Shown: positions 47,253-58,636, counted from the first letter of the stretch. The stretch is 64,000 bases of DNA from an uncultured Candidatus Saccharibacteria bacterium (GCA_964468315.1 CAYXTA010000001.1:193-64192); one strand, 5' to 3'. Notes: generated by a model not told the origin, from the sequence alone. Made by a program: numbers and translations.

Positions 47253-47789
47253 ATGCAATACAATTTTTCAAATACAAAAACTGAAATGAAGAAGGTAGAG
47301 GAATTCTTGAGTAAAGAATATACTCAACTTAATACTGGTCGTGCATCACCAATGGTACTCGACGGTATAGCTGTTGAAGTTTATGGTGCATTTCAACCTA
47401 TTAAAAATGTTGCTTCTGTTTCTATAGAAGATCCAAAAACACTTCGCGTAGCTCCATGGGATAAAAGTCAGATCAAAGGAATCGAAAAAGCAATTCAAGC
47501 TGCAAACTTAGGACTTTCTTGTGCGACTGATGAATCTGGTCTTCGTGTAATATTTCCTCAACTTACAACTGAGACTCGTCAGAATTTAGTAAAAGTACTC
47601 AAGGGTAAGCTTGAAGAATCACGCATAACTGTACGTAAAGAAAGAGAAAAAGTTATGAATGATATAAATGCTCTTACTGAAGATGAAAAATTTAAAGGAA
47701 AAGAAGATCTACAAAAAATAGTAGATGAAACAAATAGAAATTTGGAATCTATTTTTGAAAAGAAAGAAAAAGAAGTACTCGGTCAATAA
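47253..47789 (+). CDS. frr: ribosome recycling factor
   Basis: LNTGRASPMVLDGIAVEVYG...LRVAPWDKSQIKGIEKAI. 178 aa. Confidence 0.9.
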   Translation: MQYNFSNTKTEMKKVEEFLSKEYTQLNTGRASPMVLDGIAVEVYGAFQPIKNVASVSIEDPKTLRVAPWDKSQIKGIEKAIQAANLGLSCATDESGLRVIFPQLTTETRQNLVKVLKGKLEESRITVRKEREKVMNDINALTEDEKFKGKEDLQKIVDETNRNLESIFEKKEKEVLGQ

Positions 47790-47792
47790 AAT

Positions 47793-48896
47793 ATGAATAT
47801 AATAATTTTTTTAATAATTCTCTTGGTGTTGGTTTTGGTGCACGAATGGGGGCATTTTTTTTCTGCAAAGAAATTCGGCATACGTGTAGATGAATTTGGT
47901 TTTGGTTTTCCACCAAAAATCGCAAGTATAAAAAAGGGTGAAACAGAATACAGTATAAATGCTTTGCCTTTTGGAGGTTTTGTAAAAATATTTGGTGAGA
48001 ATCCTGATGAAGAAAATACAAATGGCCCTGATGCAAATAGGAGTTTCGTAAATAAACCACGTTGGCAACAAGCGATAGTTTTATTTGCTGGTATTTTTAT
48101 GAACTTTGTTTTAGCTTGGGTACTTTTTTCTGTAGGATTTATGTCTGGTCTTCCGACTTCTACAAGCACGATGAAATCCGGAGAAAATTTAAGTAATATC
48201 CATCTTATGGTTGTAGGAGTCGCACCAGCATCTCCAGCAGAAAAAGCAGGATTAAAATCTGGAGATAAAATTATAGGACTTCAAAGTGGTAAAGATATTA
48301 TTTCAGAATTGAATCCAGAAATTTTAAAAAATTTCGTAGTGTCTCATGGTACACAAGAAATAGAATTTACATATTTAAGAGGCACAGATAATACAAAAAT
48401 TTCTTCAAAAATAACTCCAGTGCCAAATATTGCAAATGGTAATCCTGGTGTCGGTATTTCGATGGATGAGATCGGTATTTTGAAACTTCCATTTTTCTCT
48501 GCTGTTTGGGAAGGTTTGAAGTTTAATATTTCTGTTACAAAAGAAACTGCTGTCGGCCTCGTAAAATTTATTAAAAAAAGTGTGACCGGTAAAGCAAATT
48601 TCTCTGAAGTTTCAGGGCCTGTCGGCCTCGTTGGTGCGGTCGGGGATGCGTATAAAGGTTTTGGCCTTGCTTATCTTTTGTCTTTCGCTGCGATGATATC
48701 TGTAAATTTAGCAGTGATAAATTTTTTACCTTTTCCAGCTCTTGATGGTGGAAGACTCCTCTTTCTTCTTATAGAAAAAATAAAAGGCTCTCGCATAAAA
48801 CCAAAAGTAGCAAACATAGTAAATCTAATTGGTTTCTCACTTCTTATTCTACTTATGCTTGTAGTGACGTATCACGATATTGTAAAGCTTTTCTAG
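47793..48896 (+). CDS. rseP: RIP metalloprotease RseP (site-2 protease) with PDZ domain
   Basis: HEWGHFF (HExxH), PDZ segment, and C-terminal LDGG motif. Confidence 0.85.
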   Translation: MNIIIFLIILLVLVLVHEWGHFFSAKKFGIRVDEFGFGFPPKIASIKKGETEYSINALPFGGFVKIFGENPDEENTNGPDANRSFVNKPRWQQAIVLFAGIFMNFVLAWVLFSVGFMSGLPTSTSTMKSGENLSNIHLMVVGVAPASPAEKAGLKSGDKIIGLQSGKDIISELNPEILKNFVVSHGTQEIEFTYLRGTDNTKISSKITPVPNIANGNPGVGISMDEIGILKLPFFSAVWEGLKFNISVTKETAVGLVKFIKKSVTGKANFSEVSGPVGLVGAVGDAYKGFGLAYLLSFAAMISVNLAVINFLPFPALDGGRLLFLLIEKIKGSRIKPKVANIVNLIGFSLLILLMLVVTYHDIVKLF

Positions 48897-48958
48897 CTAT
48901 TGACAAATAGGTATATAGTATGCTATACTAGGCATATAAATCCTTAAAAACAATAAAT

Positions 48959-49297
48959 ATGAAACTACAAGAAATCGCATTTATGAAAAACCTCATAATG
49001 CAAAATTATCGCAGAAGAATGGCATATTTTCTTCTAAACCTTTTTGTTATTATTGCAACGTCTTATTTTATATACTTCTTTATAGAAGTTAAGACCATTA
49101 AAGAACTTTTTCTTTTTATTGTTTTAGGTGGTGGAGTATACCAAATTATTGCTACTTATGAGAGTAATGATCATCAAAGAGATTATCCTTGGTCTATTAA
49201 AAAAAGACAAATGAAGGTTTTAAGGGAGGTAATTAAAAATGGAACCTTTGAAGACTTTAGAGGAAGTGTACCAATGCAAGAATATTTTGATGTATAA
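48959..49297 (+). CDS. hypothetical membrane protein
   Basis: 112 aa with two TM helices. Confidence 0.4.
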   Translation: MKLQEIAFMKNLIMQNYRRRMAYFLLNLFVIIATSYFIYFFIEVKTIKELFLFIVLGGGVYQIIATYESNDHQRDYPWSIKKRQMKVLREVIKNGTFEDFRGSVPMQEYFDV

Positions 49298-49320
49298 CTT
49301 AGAAGAGTCGTATTGTCATT

Positions 49321-49356
49321 AAACCTGTTTCGCAAATGCGAAGCAGGTTTTTTATT
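49321..49356 (+). terminator. rho-independent terminator
   Basis: aaacctgtttcgc aaat gcgaagcaggttt plus a T-run. Confidence 0.6.
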
Positions 49357-49454
49357 TTGCCAATTTTCTTTGCATTTAAAAACTTTATGTGTTATTATTA
49401 GAACATAAATCCCCGAGGGATTTTTTATTTACTTAACTAACTTTTAATACAATT

Positions 49455-51263
49455 ATGGAAATCAGAAACATAGCAATCATAGCTCACGTGGACCATGGAA
49501 AGACAACTCTTACTGATGGTTTGATGAAGCAAAACGGAGGTTTACAAACAGAAGGTATTTCAATGGACTCAAATGACATTGAAAAAGAAAGAGGTATTAC
49601 TATCTATTCAAAAAATACTTCTATATATTACAAAAATACAAAGATCAATATTGTAGACACTCCAGGTCACGCTGATTTCGGTTCTGAAGTTGAACGTGTT
49701 TTGCGTGCTATTGATTCTGTTCTGCTTCTCGTGGATGCTGTTGAAGGTCCAATGCCACAAACACGTTTCGTTTTGAAGAAGTCTTTAGAGCTTGGTTTAA
49801 AACCAATAGTAGTAATAAATAAAATCGACAAACCAGCAGCTGATGCTCATCGTGTTCATGAAGAAGTTTTAGAACTTTTCTTTGAACTTGGTGCCACAGA
49901 TGAACAAGCTGATTTCAAAACTGTTTATGCAGTAGGACGTGAAGGTTGGGCAACACTCGACCTTGCAAGTCGTGCAGCTGATTTTTCTCCTCTTCTTGAT
50001 TTGATATTAGATACAGTGCCTGAAGCTTCAGGTCATGATGATAAACCAACTATCGCTCAAGTATTTAACTTGGGTTATGATAACTTTTTAGGACGTATGG
50101 CTATAGCTCGTATTTATGGAGGAAAAATAACTTCTGGTGGTCAAATTACAGTTAAGGGTGTTCATGGAACTCGTACTGGAAGAATCACAAAACTTTTTTC
50201 TTTTGAAGGTATTGCTCGTAAAGAAATACCAGAAGCAAATTCTGGTGATATTGTAATGCTTTCAGGTATTCCTGATATCTATATTGGAGAGACTCTTTGT
50301 TTAGATGTAAACACAGAAGAACTTCCAACTATTGCTATCGATGAGCCTACTATCTCTCTTAACTTTTTAGTTAATGATTCTCCTTTTGCTGGTAAAGAAG
50401 GAAAATTTGTTACTTCAAGACAAATAAAAGAACGCTTAGAAAAAGAATTAGAAATAAACGTAGGACTTAAAGTGGATTTTTCTCCAGACCAAGGAACAAC
50501 AAATTCTGGACCAAGTTTTTTTAAAGTGTACGGAAGAGGTGAATTGCACGTAGCTGTTTTATTAGAAAACATGCGCCGCGAAGGATTTGAAATGCAAGTT
50601 TCTCAACCAGAAGTAATTATCAAAGAAGAAAATGGTCAAAAAACAGAACCATTTGAAGAATTAGTTATTGATGTTCCTGAAGAATTTTCTGGAAGTGTTA
50701 TTGAAAAAATCGGTAAGCGTCGCGGAGTTATGAAAGACATGACTTCAAAAGGACGTATACAAAGAATCGTTTTTGAACTTCCAACACGCGGACTTTTAGG
50801 TTATCGTGGTGAATTTATTATTGATACTAAGGGTGAGGGAATAATGTCTTCACTTGTTATTGGTTTTAGACCATATGCTGGAGAAGTAAAGAAAAGAGAA
50901 TACGGATCTATGACTTCTATGGTAGCTGGAAAGGCTGTTGCCTTTTCTCTTGCAAATTTACAAGAACGTGGTATACTATATATAGATCACGGTACAGAGG
51001 TATACGAAGGTATGGTTGTCGGTAATGTCCTCAAAGGTGAAGATATGGCAGTAAACCCTACAAAAGGTAAACAACTCACAAATATGCGTGCATCAGGAAC
51101 TGATGAAGCAATAGTAGTAAGACCTCCTTTTACTCTTAGTATTGAACGTGGTTTGGAAATAATGAGTGAAGATGAATACTTAGAAATCACTCCAAAAAGT
51201 GTCCGTCTACGTAAAAAATTCTTAACAGAATTAGATAGAATAAAGTCAGGAAGAAATAAATAA
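49455..51263 (+). CDS. typA: translational GTPase TypA/BipA
   Basis: [26 protein letters not shown], and the BipA C-terminal domain. 602 aa. Confidence 0.92.
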   Translation: MEIRNIAIIAHVDHGKTTLTDGLMKQNGGLQTEGISMDSNDIEKERGITIYSKNTSIYYKNTKINIVDTPGHADFGSEVERVLRAIDSVLLLVDAVEGPMPQTRFVLKKSLELGLKPIVVINKIDKPAADAHRVHEEVLELFFELGATDEQADFKTVYAVGREGWATLDLASRAADFSPLLDLILDTVPEASGHDDKPTIAQVFNLGYDNFLGRMAIARIYGGKITSGGQITVKGVHGTRTGRITKLFSFEGIARKEIPEANSGDIVMLSGIPDIYIGETLCLDVNTEELPTIAIDEPTISLNFLVNDSPFAGKEGKFVTSRQIKERLEKELEINVGLKVDFSPDQGTTNSGPSFFKVYGRGELHVAVLLENMRREGFEMQVSQPEVIIKEENGQKTEPFEELVIDVPEEFSGSVIEKIGKRRGVMKDMTSKGRIQRIVFELPTRGLLGYRGEFIIDTKGEGIMSSLVIGFRPYAGEVKKREYGSMTSMVAGKAVAFSLANLQERGILYIDHGTEVYEGMVVGNVLKGEDMAVNPTKGKQLTNMRASGTDEAIVVRPPFTLSIERGLEIMSEDEYLEITPKSVRLRKKFLTELDRIKSGRNK

Positions 51264-51364
51264 AAAATACAATATCTATTGTTTGACTATGAGTCAAACA
51301 TGTGTATAATTAAATTAATAGAAAATTATTATAAATAACTAAATAAAAATTTTTTTAAAAAATT

Positions 51365-52393
51365 ATGTCAACAATATCATTTAAACCGAAACAAGTTACA
51401 AAAAAAATAACTTCACACCTCCACGATAGAGCCATCGATGTCATAATGAATCGTTTTGGTTTAACAAATGATTCTGAAAAGAAAACTTTGGAAGAAATAG
51501 GTCAAAAATATGGCATAACTCGTGAAAGAGTTCGTCAGATAGAAGATGCAGCTTTGACTTCAATCAAAAAAGGAGAAGGTTTTAAATCCGAACAAGCTAC
51601 TTTTGATGAATTAAAACAAATAATAAATTCACTTGGTTCTGTTGTTGCTGAACATGATTTCTTACCACATATTTCAAAAGATAAATCTACACAAAATCAC
51701 ATACATTTTTATTTAGTACTTGGTGATGCTTTCAAGAAACACCGAGAAGATGATCATTTCCATGTTCGTTGGAGTACTGATGATGCTGTGGTGGAAAAAG
51801 TGCATGATTCTTTAAAGAAATTATATTCAAGTCTTAATGATGAAGACCTTGTTCCAGAAACACAAATAATACAAAAATTCTTAGAAAATTTGAAAGATGT
51901 TTCAGTTGAATACAGAAATGAAGAAATAGCTCGCAGATGGCTTTCAATGTCAAAGAGAATTTCAAAAAATCCACTTGGTGAATGGGGTCGTGCTACTTCT
52001 CCAAATATCCGTACTCGTGGAGTTAAAGATTATGCTTTCTTAGTAATGCGTAAACATGGTGAACCAATGCATTTCAAAGAAGTTGCTGATGCAATAAGTA
52101 CAACGTTTGGTAAAAAAACACATTATGCAACATGTCACAATGAACTTATAAAAGATTCTCGTTTTGTACTCGTAGGACGCGGTATGTACGCTCTTGCAGA
52201 ATGTGGTTACAAGACAGGTATAGCTCGTGAAGTTATACGTGATATTTTGAAAAAAGAAGGACCAATGTCTAAAGAAGATGTAGTTGAGAAAGTCATGAAA
52301 GAAAGATATTTCAAGAAAAATACTATCTTGGTAAATCTTCAAAATCCTAAGTATTTCAAAAAAAATAAAAACGGTTTGTATATTAGTGCATAA
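51365..52393 (+). CDS. hypothetical protein with N-terminal sigma-70 region-4-like HTH
   Basis: LEEIGQKYGITRERVRQIEDAALTSIKK matches the sigma-70 region 4.2 consensus. No regions 2 or 3. The remaining 270 aa are unassigned. Confidence 0.45.
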   Translation: MSTISFKPKQVTKKITSHLHDRAIDVIMNRFGLTNDSEKKTLEEIGQKYGITRERVRQIEDAALTSIKKGEGFKSEQATFDELKQIINSLGSVVAEHDFLPHISKDKSTQNHIHFYLVLGDAFKKHREDDHFHVRWSTDDAVVEKVHDSLKKLYSSLNDEDLVPETQIIQKFLENLKDVSVEYRNEEIARRWLSMSKRISKNPLGEWGRATSPNIRTRGVKDYAFLVMRKHGEPMHFKEVADAISTTFGKKTHYATCHNELIKDSRFVLVGRGMYALAECGYKTGIAREVIRDILKKEGPMSKEDVVEKVMKERYFKKNTILVNLQNPKYFKKNKNGLYISA

Positions 52394-52569
52394 TTTTATT
52401 AATTATTTTTCTTATTTTAAAAATATGAAAAAAAATCTAAATAAGGGTATTGTTAATATTATAATAATAATTATTGGCATAGCTATAGCAGCAGTACTAC
52501 TAGGCTTGTTTTCTGTAAATTGGAAGTAATTTCTTTTAATTTTTACTTTTTTGTATTACAATAGTAATA

Positions 52570-53820
52570 ATGATTGATTCATTACTAAATCTTGCGTATC
52601 CTGCCATACAAGCTGTTTTACCTATTGGTGGAACAATTTTTTTGGGATATTTAGCTTGGACACTTTTTACGCATTATACAAAAACTAGATTTATTTCTGG
52701 TATAGATTGGGTATTGCTTGAAATAAAACCTCCTCGTGATGTATCACGTTCACCTCGTGCAATGGAGTTGTTTTTTACAAATGCACTCTATCAGATAACA
52801 AATAAAGATTTTAAATCACAGTACAGGAAAGGCCATGTACGTTTTTGGTATTCTTTAGAAATTGCTTCTATTGATGGCCAAGTACATTTCTATATTAGAG
52901 TGCCTTCACGTTTAAAGAACCTTGTAGAAACACAAATGTATGCCCAATATCCTCAATCTGAGGTTGTTCAAGTAGAAGATTATACTTTGGCTGTTGATGA
53001 TATATCTCCAAATGGAGATTGGAATATTTGGGGTTGTGAATTTAAATTAGAAAAACCAGATCCATTTCCTATTAAGACATATGTTGATTTCGGTTTGGAT
53101 AAAGATCCAAAAGAAGAATTTAAGGTTGATCCACTTTCTCCTTTGATAGAACTTTTTGGTTCAATTGAAAAGGGTGAACAAATGTGGGTACAGATAGTTA
53201 TACAAGCAAGTAATAAAAAATACCATGGTCATGATGGTAAAATGCACGATTTTATAAAAGAAGCCGAGAATACAATTTCAGAACTTTCAAAAGATTTTAC
53301 TTCTGTAAAAGAAGATGGAACAAAAGAAATGCGTAAAGCTCCTTGGCTCGATCCTATAAACGAAGCAATAATGAATAAAACAACCAAGCTTACTTTTGAT
53401 TGTGGTATTCGTGTTGCTTATGTTGCAAAGAAAACAGTTTTCAAAAGTGATAACTTAAGAAATATTCGTCTTATTTTTAGACAATATGCAGCACCACATT
53501 TAAATAGTTTTTCTCGTACGAATTCTGTAGGTATAGCCAATTTTTATGAAAGAAATTCAAGAACTGTAAGTATAGTCAAAAGTAGATTTTTACTTGAATA
53601 TCAAGAAAGAAATTTTTTCAATCATCCTTTGCGTAGTCATTTTAATGTTTTCTGGCCTATTTCAATGTTTATACCAAAATATGTGCATCCACATACTTTT
53701 GTTTTAAACACTGAAGAATTGGCAACAATATTTCACTTTCCAGGTCAGATTATTAAAGTTCCAGGTCTTGAACGTGTTGAATCTAAAGAAGCTTCTCCAC
53801 CTACAAATCTTCCAATATAG
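52570..53820 (+). CDS. hypothetical protein (N-terminal TM)
   Basis: 416-aa ORF with no family recognised. Confidence 0.45.
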   Translation: MIDSLLNLAYPAIQAVLPIGGTIFLGYLAWTLFTHYTKTRFISGIDWVLLEIKPPRDVSRSPRAMELFFTNALYQITNKDFKSQYRKGHVRFWYSLEIASIDGQVHFYIRVPSRLKNLVETQMYAQYPQSEVVQVEDYTLAVDDISPNGDWNIWGCEFKLEKPDPFPIKTYVDFGLDKDPKEEFKVDPLSPLIELFGSIEKGEQMWVQIVIQASNKKYHGHDGKMHDFIKEAENTISELSKDFTSVKEDGTKEMRKAPWLDPINEAIMNKTTKLTFDCGIRVAYVAKKTVFKSDNLRNIRLIFRQYAAPHLNSFSRTNSVGIANFYERNSRTVSIVKSRFLLEYQERNFFNHPLRSHFNVFWPISMFIPKYVHPHTFVLNTEELATIFHFPGQIIKVPGLERVESKEASPPTNLPI

Positions 53821-53825
53821 TTTTT

Positions 53826-54713
53826 ATGGATTTATTTAAAAAAACATACTTTTTATATATTGTTTCTTTTTTAATTTTTGTTTTTTTGATATTTCAATTT
53901 TTACTATCTGCTCCAAAAGAATTTCCTGTTGGAAAAATAATCACAATAGAAAAAGGTGCGAATTTGCGTATTTTATCTAGAGATTTGAAAACACAAAATG
54001 TAATACGATCAAGATTTGTATTTGAATCATTTGTGATTTTTTATGGTGGAGAGAAGAGCATTTCTCCAGGAGATTATGTTTTTGATAATAAAATATCTGT
54101 ATATACTGTTGCAAATAAAATTGTAAAAATACAAAGAGGAATTTCTCAAATAAAAGTTACAATACCTGAAGGTTTCGATAATAATGATATCGCAAATCTT
54201 TTTTCTTCAAAATTAAAAAACTTTAACAGAATTTCATTTTTAGATGAAGCTAAAGATAAACAAGGTTATTTATGGCCCGATACTTATTTTTTCTTTCCTA
54301 CAGATGACACAAACGATGTTTTAAAAGTTTTAAATGATAATTTTATTCAAAAAACTAAAGATCTAAATGAAGATATAAATCATTCTGGAAAAACAGAAAA
54401 AGATATTATTGTTATGGCATCTATAATAGAACGTGAAGCAAAAGGAGATGCAGATAGAGCAATTATTTCAGGTATTCTTTGGAATAGAATTAAAAAAGGA
54501 ATGCTTTTGCAAGTAGATGCTGCACCAGAAACATATAAAATAAAAGGTTTGCCAAAATCTCCGATTGCAAATCCTGGTTATAAATCAATATATACTTCTA
54601 TATATCCTACAAGTTCAACTTATTTTTATTATCTTCATGATAAGCAAGGTAATATTCATTATGCTCGTACATTCGAAGAGCATAAAATAAATAAACAAAG
54701 ATATTTAAAATAA
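53826..54713 (+). CDS. mltG: endolytic murein transglycosylase MltG (YceG-like)
   Basis: N-terminal TM. IIEREAKGDADRAIISGILWNRI and GLPKSPIANPG match the YceG core. Confidence 0.8.
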   Translation: MDLFKKTYFLYIVSFLIFVFLIFQFLLSAPKEFPVGKIITIEKGANLRILSRDLKTQNVIRSRFVFESFVIFYGGEKSISPGDYVFDNKISVYTVANKIVKIQRGISQIKVTIPEGFDNNDIANLFSSKLKNFNRISFLDEAKDKQGYLWPDTYFFFPTDDTNDVLKVLNDNFIQKTKDLNEDINHSGKTEKDIIVMASIIEREAKGDADRAIISGILWNRIKKGMLLQVDAAPETYKIKGLPKSPIANPGYKSIYTSIYPTSSTYFYYLHDKQGNIHYARTFEEHKINKQRYLK

Positions 54714-54714
54714 T

Positions 54715-55242
54715 ATGAGAAAACATAATTTAGCATTTGTTGATATTGAAACAACCGGACTTGATATTTTAAAGCATGAGATTGTTGCTATTGGTTGTGT
54801 AATAACCACATCCGATTTAGAAATTTTAGAAGAATTTGAATTAAAAATAAAACCAGAGCATATAGAAAATGCTGATCCTGTAGCTCTTAAAGTAAATAAA
54901 TACAATGAAGAGGATTGGGCTTTTGCATACAGCTTACCGGAAGCAATGCAAATACTTTCTGAAAAAATAAAAGACTGTATTATGGTTGGTCAGAATGTTG
55001 CTTTCGATTCATCTTTTTTAGATTATAATTTTTTGAAAACAAAAATACAAAATACTTTTCATTATCATAAACTCGACACCATATCTATAGCTTGGTCTAA
55101 ATTTCATAATGATGAATCTTTCATACATTTTTCTTTAAGAGAAATGTGTAAATATTTTGATATAAAAAATGAAAATGCGCATACTGCACTCTCAGATGCT
55201 AAAGCTACCTTTGAGCTTTACAAAAAGCTTATGAGTTTGTAG
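54715..55242 (+). CDS. DnaQ-like 3'-5' exonuclease (DEDDh)
   Basis: FVDIETTGLD (Exo I), VGQNVAFDSSFL (Exo II), and HTALSDAKATFELY (Exo III with His). Confidence 0.75.
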   Translation: MRKHNLAFVDIETTGLDILKHEIVAIGCVITTSDLEILEEFELKIKPEHIENADPVALKVNKYNEEDWAFAYSLPEAMQILSEKIKDCIMVGQNVAFDSSFLDYNFLKTKIQNTFHYHKLDTISIAWSKFHNDESFIHFSLREMCKYFDIKNENAHTALSDAKATFELYKKLMSL

Positions 55243-55251
55243 TATAAATTT

Positions 55252-56325
55252 GTGATAAAAAAAGACAAGAAAAATAAGAATAAAACAGTATTTATCGGCA
55301 TGTCTGGGGGAGTAGACTCTTCTGTTTCTGCAGCTATTTTAAAATATCAAGGATACAATATTGTTGGTGTTTTTATTAAGACTTGGCATCCTGAATTTTT
55401 ATTTTGTAATGAAGAAGAAGAACGTCGAGATGCTATGCGTGTGGCGGCGTATTTAGACATTCCATTTCTTACATATGATTTTGAAAAAGAATACAAAGAA
55501 GGTGTCGCTGATTATATGATTTCTGAATATAAACTTGGCCGTACACCAAACCCAGATGTTATGTGTAATAGAGAAGTGAAATTCGGAGCTTTTCTTAAAA
55601 AAGCACTTTCCATGGGAGCAGATTTTGTGGCGACAGGACATTATGCTCAAAATAAAAATAATTCTTTGTTGAAAGGAAATGACCCAACCAAAGATCAGAG
55701 TTATTTTTTGTGGACTTTAACAGAAGATCAATTATCTAAAATTTTATTCCCTGTAGGCCATATACCCAAAAAAGAAGTAAGAAAATTGGCAAAAAAATTC
55801 AAACTTCCTGTCGCTGAAAAGAAAGACAGTCAGGGGATATGTTTCCTTGGAGATGTAGATATAAAAGATTTTTTGAAACATTATATAGATTCAAAAAAAG
55901 GAAAAGTTTTAAATCAAAAAGGAGAAGAAATAGGATATCATGATGGAGCTATTTTTTATACTCTAGGAGAAAGACATGGTTTTACTATCACAAAGAAAAC
56001 ATCAAATGATGAAGCTTATTATATTTTAGAAAAAGATATCAAAAAAAATATTTTAATAGTTGGAAACAAAAAAAATGAACATAATATTTTAGCAAATTCA
56101 TCATTTTTTTTGGACAATATTAATTGGATTAATTTTATTCCAGATGAAGGTAAAAAATACCAAGCACAAGTCAGGTATCACGGTGAATTTATGGACTGCG
56201 TTTTAGAAAATATAAACGGAAAATCAGTAAATGTTATATTTGATAAGCCTGTTTTGGTTGCACCTGGCCAATCTATCGTTTTTTACGAGGGAGATACTTG
56301 CCTAGGGGGCGGTATAAAATCATAG
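55252..56325 (+). CDS. mnmA: tRNA-specific 2-thiouridylase MnmA
   Basis: VFIGMSGGVDSSVSA (PP-loop SGGxDS) and catalytic Cys in GICFLGD. Confidence 0.9.
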   Translation: MIKKDKKNKNKTVFIGMSGGVDSSVSAAILKYQGYNIVGVFIKTWHPEFLFCNEEEERRDAMRVAAYLDIPFLTYDFEKEYKEGVADYMISEYKLGRTPNPDVMCNREVKFGAFLKKALSMGADFVATGHYAQNKNNSLLKGNDPTKDQSYFLWTLTEDQLSKILFPVGHIPKKEVRKLAKKFKLPVAEKKDSQGICFLGDVDIKDFLKHYIDSKKGKVLNQKGEEIGYHDGAIFYTLGERHGFTITKKTSNDEAYYILEKDIKKNILIVGNKKNEHNILANSSFFLDNINWINFIPDEGKKYQAQVRYHGEFMDCVLENINGKSVNVIFDKPVLVAPGQSIVFYEGDTCLGGGIKS

Positions 56326-56366
56326 ATTTATTTGATTTTTGACCCCAAAAAAGCTATATTATACGT

Positions 56367-56831
56367 ATGGAAAAATCAGATTATATTACAGAAGAAAAGA
56401 AAAAAGAGCTTTTAAAAGAATTAGAAGACTTAAAAGGTCCTCGTCGAAAAGAAATCATTGAATCATTAGAATTTGCAAAATCACTAGGTGATCTTTCTGA
56501 AAATGCGGAATATCATCAAGCTCGTGAAGATCAAGGAAAACTTGAAGAAAGAATTTTAAAAATTGAAAGTATCTTACAAAATTCAACAATTGTTTCTGGT
56601 GAAAGAGGTGATTTTGTTGAAGTTGGTTCAAGTGTAATTGTTCAAAAAGAAGGCAGTTCTGAAACAAAAACTTATATTATAGTAGGTTCAGAAGAAGCAG
56701 ATTCTTTGGCTGGAAAAATTTCAAATCATTCTCCTTTTGGAGTTGCGCTTTTGGGTAATAAAAAAAATGACACAGTTTCTTTTTCTACTCCAAGTGGTGT
56801 TGTAAATTATAAAATAATAGATGTATCTTAA
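56367..56831 (+). CDS. greA: transcription elongation factor GreA
   Basis: LGDLSENAEYHQAREDQ (acidic coiled-coil tip) plus C-terminal FKBP-like domain. Confidence 0.88.
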   Translation: MEKSDYITEEKKKELLKELEDLKGPRRKEIIESLEFAKSLGDLSENAEYHQAREDQGKLEERILKIESILQNSTIVSGERGDFVEVGSSVIVQKEGSSETKTYIIVGSEEADSLAGKISNHSPFGVALLGNKKNDTVSFSTPSGVVNYKIIDVS

Positions 56832-56839
56832 TTTTTAAA

Positions 56840-58321
56840 ATGTCATCTGTACAAGAACTAAAAGATATTAGAATTAAAAAGCTTGAATTACTAAAGAGTA
56901 AAGGTATTAGTCCATACAAGACAGAATCTTTTAGAGAAATCTCTATAGATTCTGTTATTTTAGATTTTTCTAATTTAGAAAATAGTAAAAAAGAAATGTG
57001 GATTTCAGGGAGAGTTATGTCTGTCCGAGGACAAGGTGCAATTATTTTTCTTACATTAAATGATGGTACAGGAAGTTTCCAAGCTTTATTTAAAAAAGAT
57101 GAAATAGATGAAGACAAATTCTCTCTTTTTGTTGATACTGTAGATATAGGAGATTTTATAGAGGTAAAAGGTTTTTTCTTTACTACAAATAGAGGAGAAA
57201 AAACAATTCAAGCAAAAGATTGGTGTATGCTTACAAAATCACTTCTTCCTCTTCCTGAAAAATGGCACGGACTAACTGATACAGAAGAAAGACACAGAAA
57301 AAGATATTTGGAAATTTTAACTGATAAAGAAGTATCAGATCGTTTTGTCTTGCGTTCAAAAGTTATAAAAGAAATTAGAAAGTTTTTTGATGATTTAGGA
57401 TTTTTAGAAATTGAAACTCCAATACTTAAAAACAATGCTGGTGGCGCCATGGCAGAACCATTCGTAACTCATCATAATGATTTAGATATCGATATGAAAC
57501 TTCGTATATCATTAGAAATAGAACATAAAATCCTTATGGCTTCAGGTATTCCTGCACTTTATGAAATAGGTAAAAACTTTAGAAATGAAGGAAGTGACCC
57601 TACACACATACAAGAATTCACTATGATGGAATGGTACAGCGCTTATCACACACTTGAAGAAAATATAACTTGGACAGAAAAACTTTTGAAACAACTTGCT
57701 GTGAGTGTTGTAGGTAAAGACAGATTTAAAGTTTTTGATAAAGATGATAATGAAGTAGAAGTTGATTTTGCTGGTATTTGGCCAAGAGTTACTTTTTCTG
57801 AATTACTTAAAGAGTATGCAGATATAGATATGCAAAACATTTCAGATGCTGACTTGAAAAAAGAAGCAATTAAATATGGAATGGAAAAAGAATTATCTGA
57901 TAAAGCAAATAGAGCAAATTTACTTGATTTTGTTTATAAACATACAGCTCGACCAAAACTTATAAATCCTACATTTGTTATAGATTATCCAGGAGAATTA
58001 AAACCACTTGCAAATCAAAACGAAGATGGTACAGCTAAAGTCGCTCAGCTCATAATCGCTGGAGCAGAAATAACAAATCAATATTCTGAATTAGTTGATC
58101 CTATAAAACAAAGAGAATTGCTTACCTTACAATCTAAAGCAAAAGAAATGGGGGATAAAGAAGCTATGGAAATCGATGAAGAATTTTTGACTGCTATGGA
58201 ATACGGTATGCCACAAATGACTGGTTTCGGTATGGGCATAGATAGATTGATGGCAATATTAACTGAACAGAAAAACCTACGTGAAGTTATATTGTTTCCA
58301 ATCATGCGACCTAAAAATTAA
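56840..58321 (+). CDS. lysS: lysyl-tRNA synthetase (class II)
   Basis: Anticodon-binding OB fold (RVMSVRGQGAIIFLTL) and class II motifs (FRNEG, GFGMGIDRL). Confidence 0.9.
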   Translation: MSSVQELKDIRIKKLELLKSKGISPYKTESFREISIDSVILDFSNLENSKKEMWISGRVMSVRGQGAIIFLTLNDGTGSFQALFKKDEIDEDKFSLFVDTVDIGDFIEVKGFFFTTNRGEKTIQAKDWCMLTKSLLPLPEKWHGLTDTEERHRKRYLEILTDKEVSDRFVLRSKVIKEIRKFFDDLGFLEIETPILKNNAGGAMAEPFVTHHNDLDIDMKLRISLEIEHKILMASGIPALYEIGKNFRNEGSDPTHIQEFTMMEWYSAYHTLEENITWTEKLLKQLAVSVVGKDRFKVFDKDDNEVEVDFAGIWPRVTFSELLKEYADIDMQNISDADLKKEAIKYGMEKELSDKANRANLLDFVYKHTARPKLINPTFVIDYPGELKPLANQNEDGTAKVAQLIIAGAEITNQYSELVDPIKQRELLTLQSKAKEMGDKEAMEIDEEFLTAMEYGMPQMTGFGMGIDRLMAILTEQKNLREVILFPIMRPKN

Positions 58322-58334
58322 ATAAAAAAATAAA

Positions 58335-58367
58335 TAGCCGTTGCTTATACAAGCAACGGCTATTTTA
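58335..58367. terminator. bidirectional terminator
   Basis: atagccgttgctt ata aagcaacggctat plus ttt. Confidence 0.65.
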
Positions 58368-58632
58368 GTAATTTTTCGTAGATTTCTTTTGTAACATTTG
58401 GAAAACACTTTATTTTTTCATTGTTATTTCTTGATACTATGTTTTTTGTTACATAAGTACCCAATATGTTAATTGGATAATTTTTAATTACATAATCAAA
58501 AATCTTTTCCTGTTGTTTTTTAGAAAGCTCTTTTATTTCAATATGATTAAGAAAATTTTTTGTTAAAATAAATTCTTTTTCTCCTGTTGAATTTATGTAT
58601 AAACTAATAACCCAAGGTTCTTCTTTTTCCAT
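58360..58632 (-). CDS. hypothetical small protein (MEKE-start paralog 2)
   Basis: 90 aa, directly downstream of a similar 103-aa ORF. Confidence 0.35.
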   Translation of the reverse strand: MEKEEPWVISLYINSTGEKEFILTKNFLNHIEIKELSKKQQEKIFDYVIKNYPINILGTYVTKNIVSRNNNEKIKCFPNVTKEIYEKLLK

Positions 58633-58636
58633 AAGA

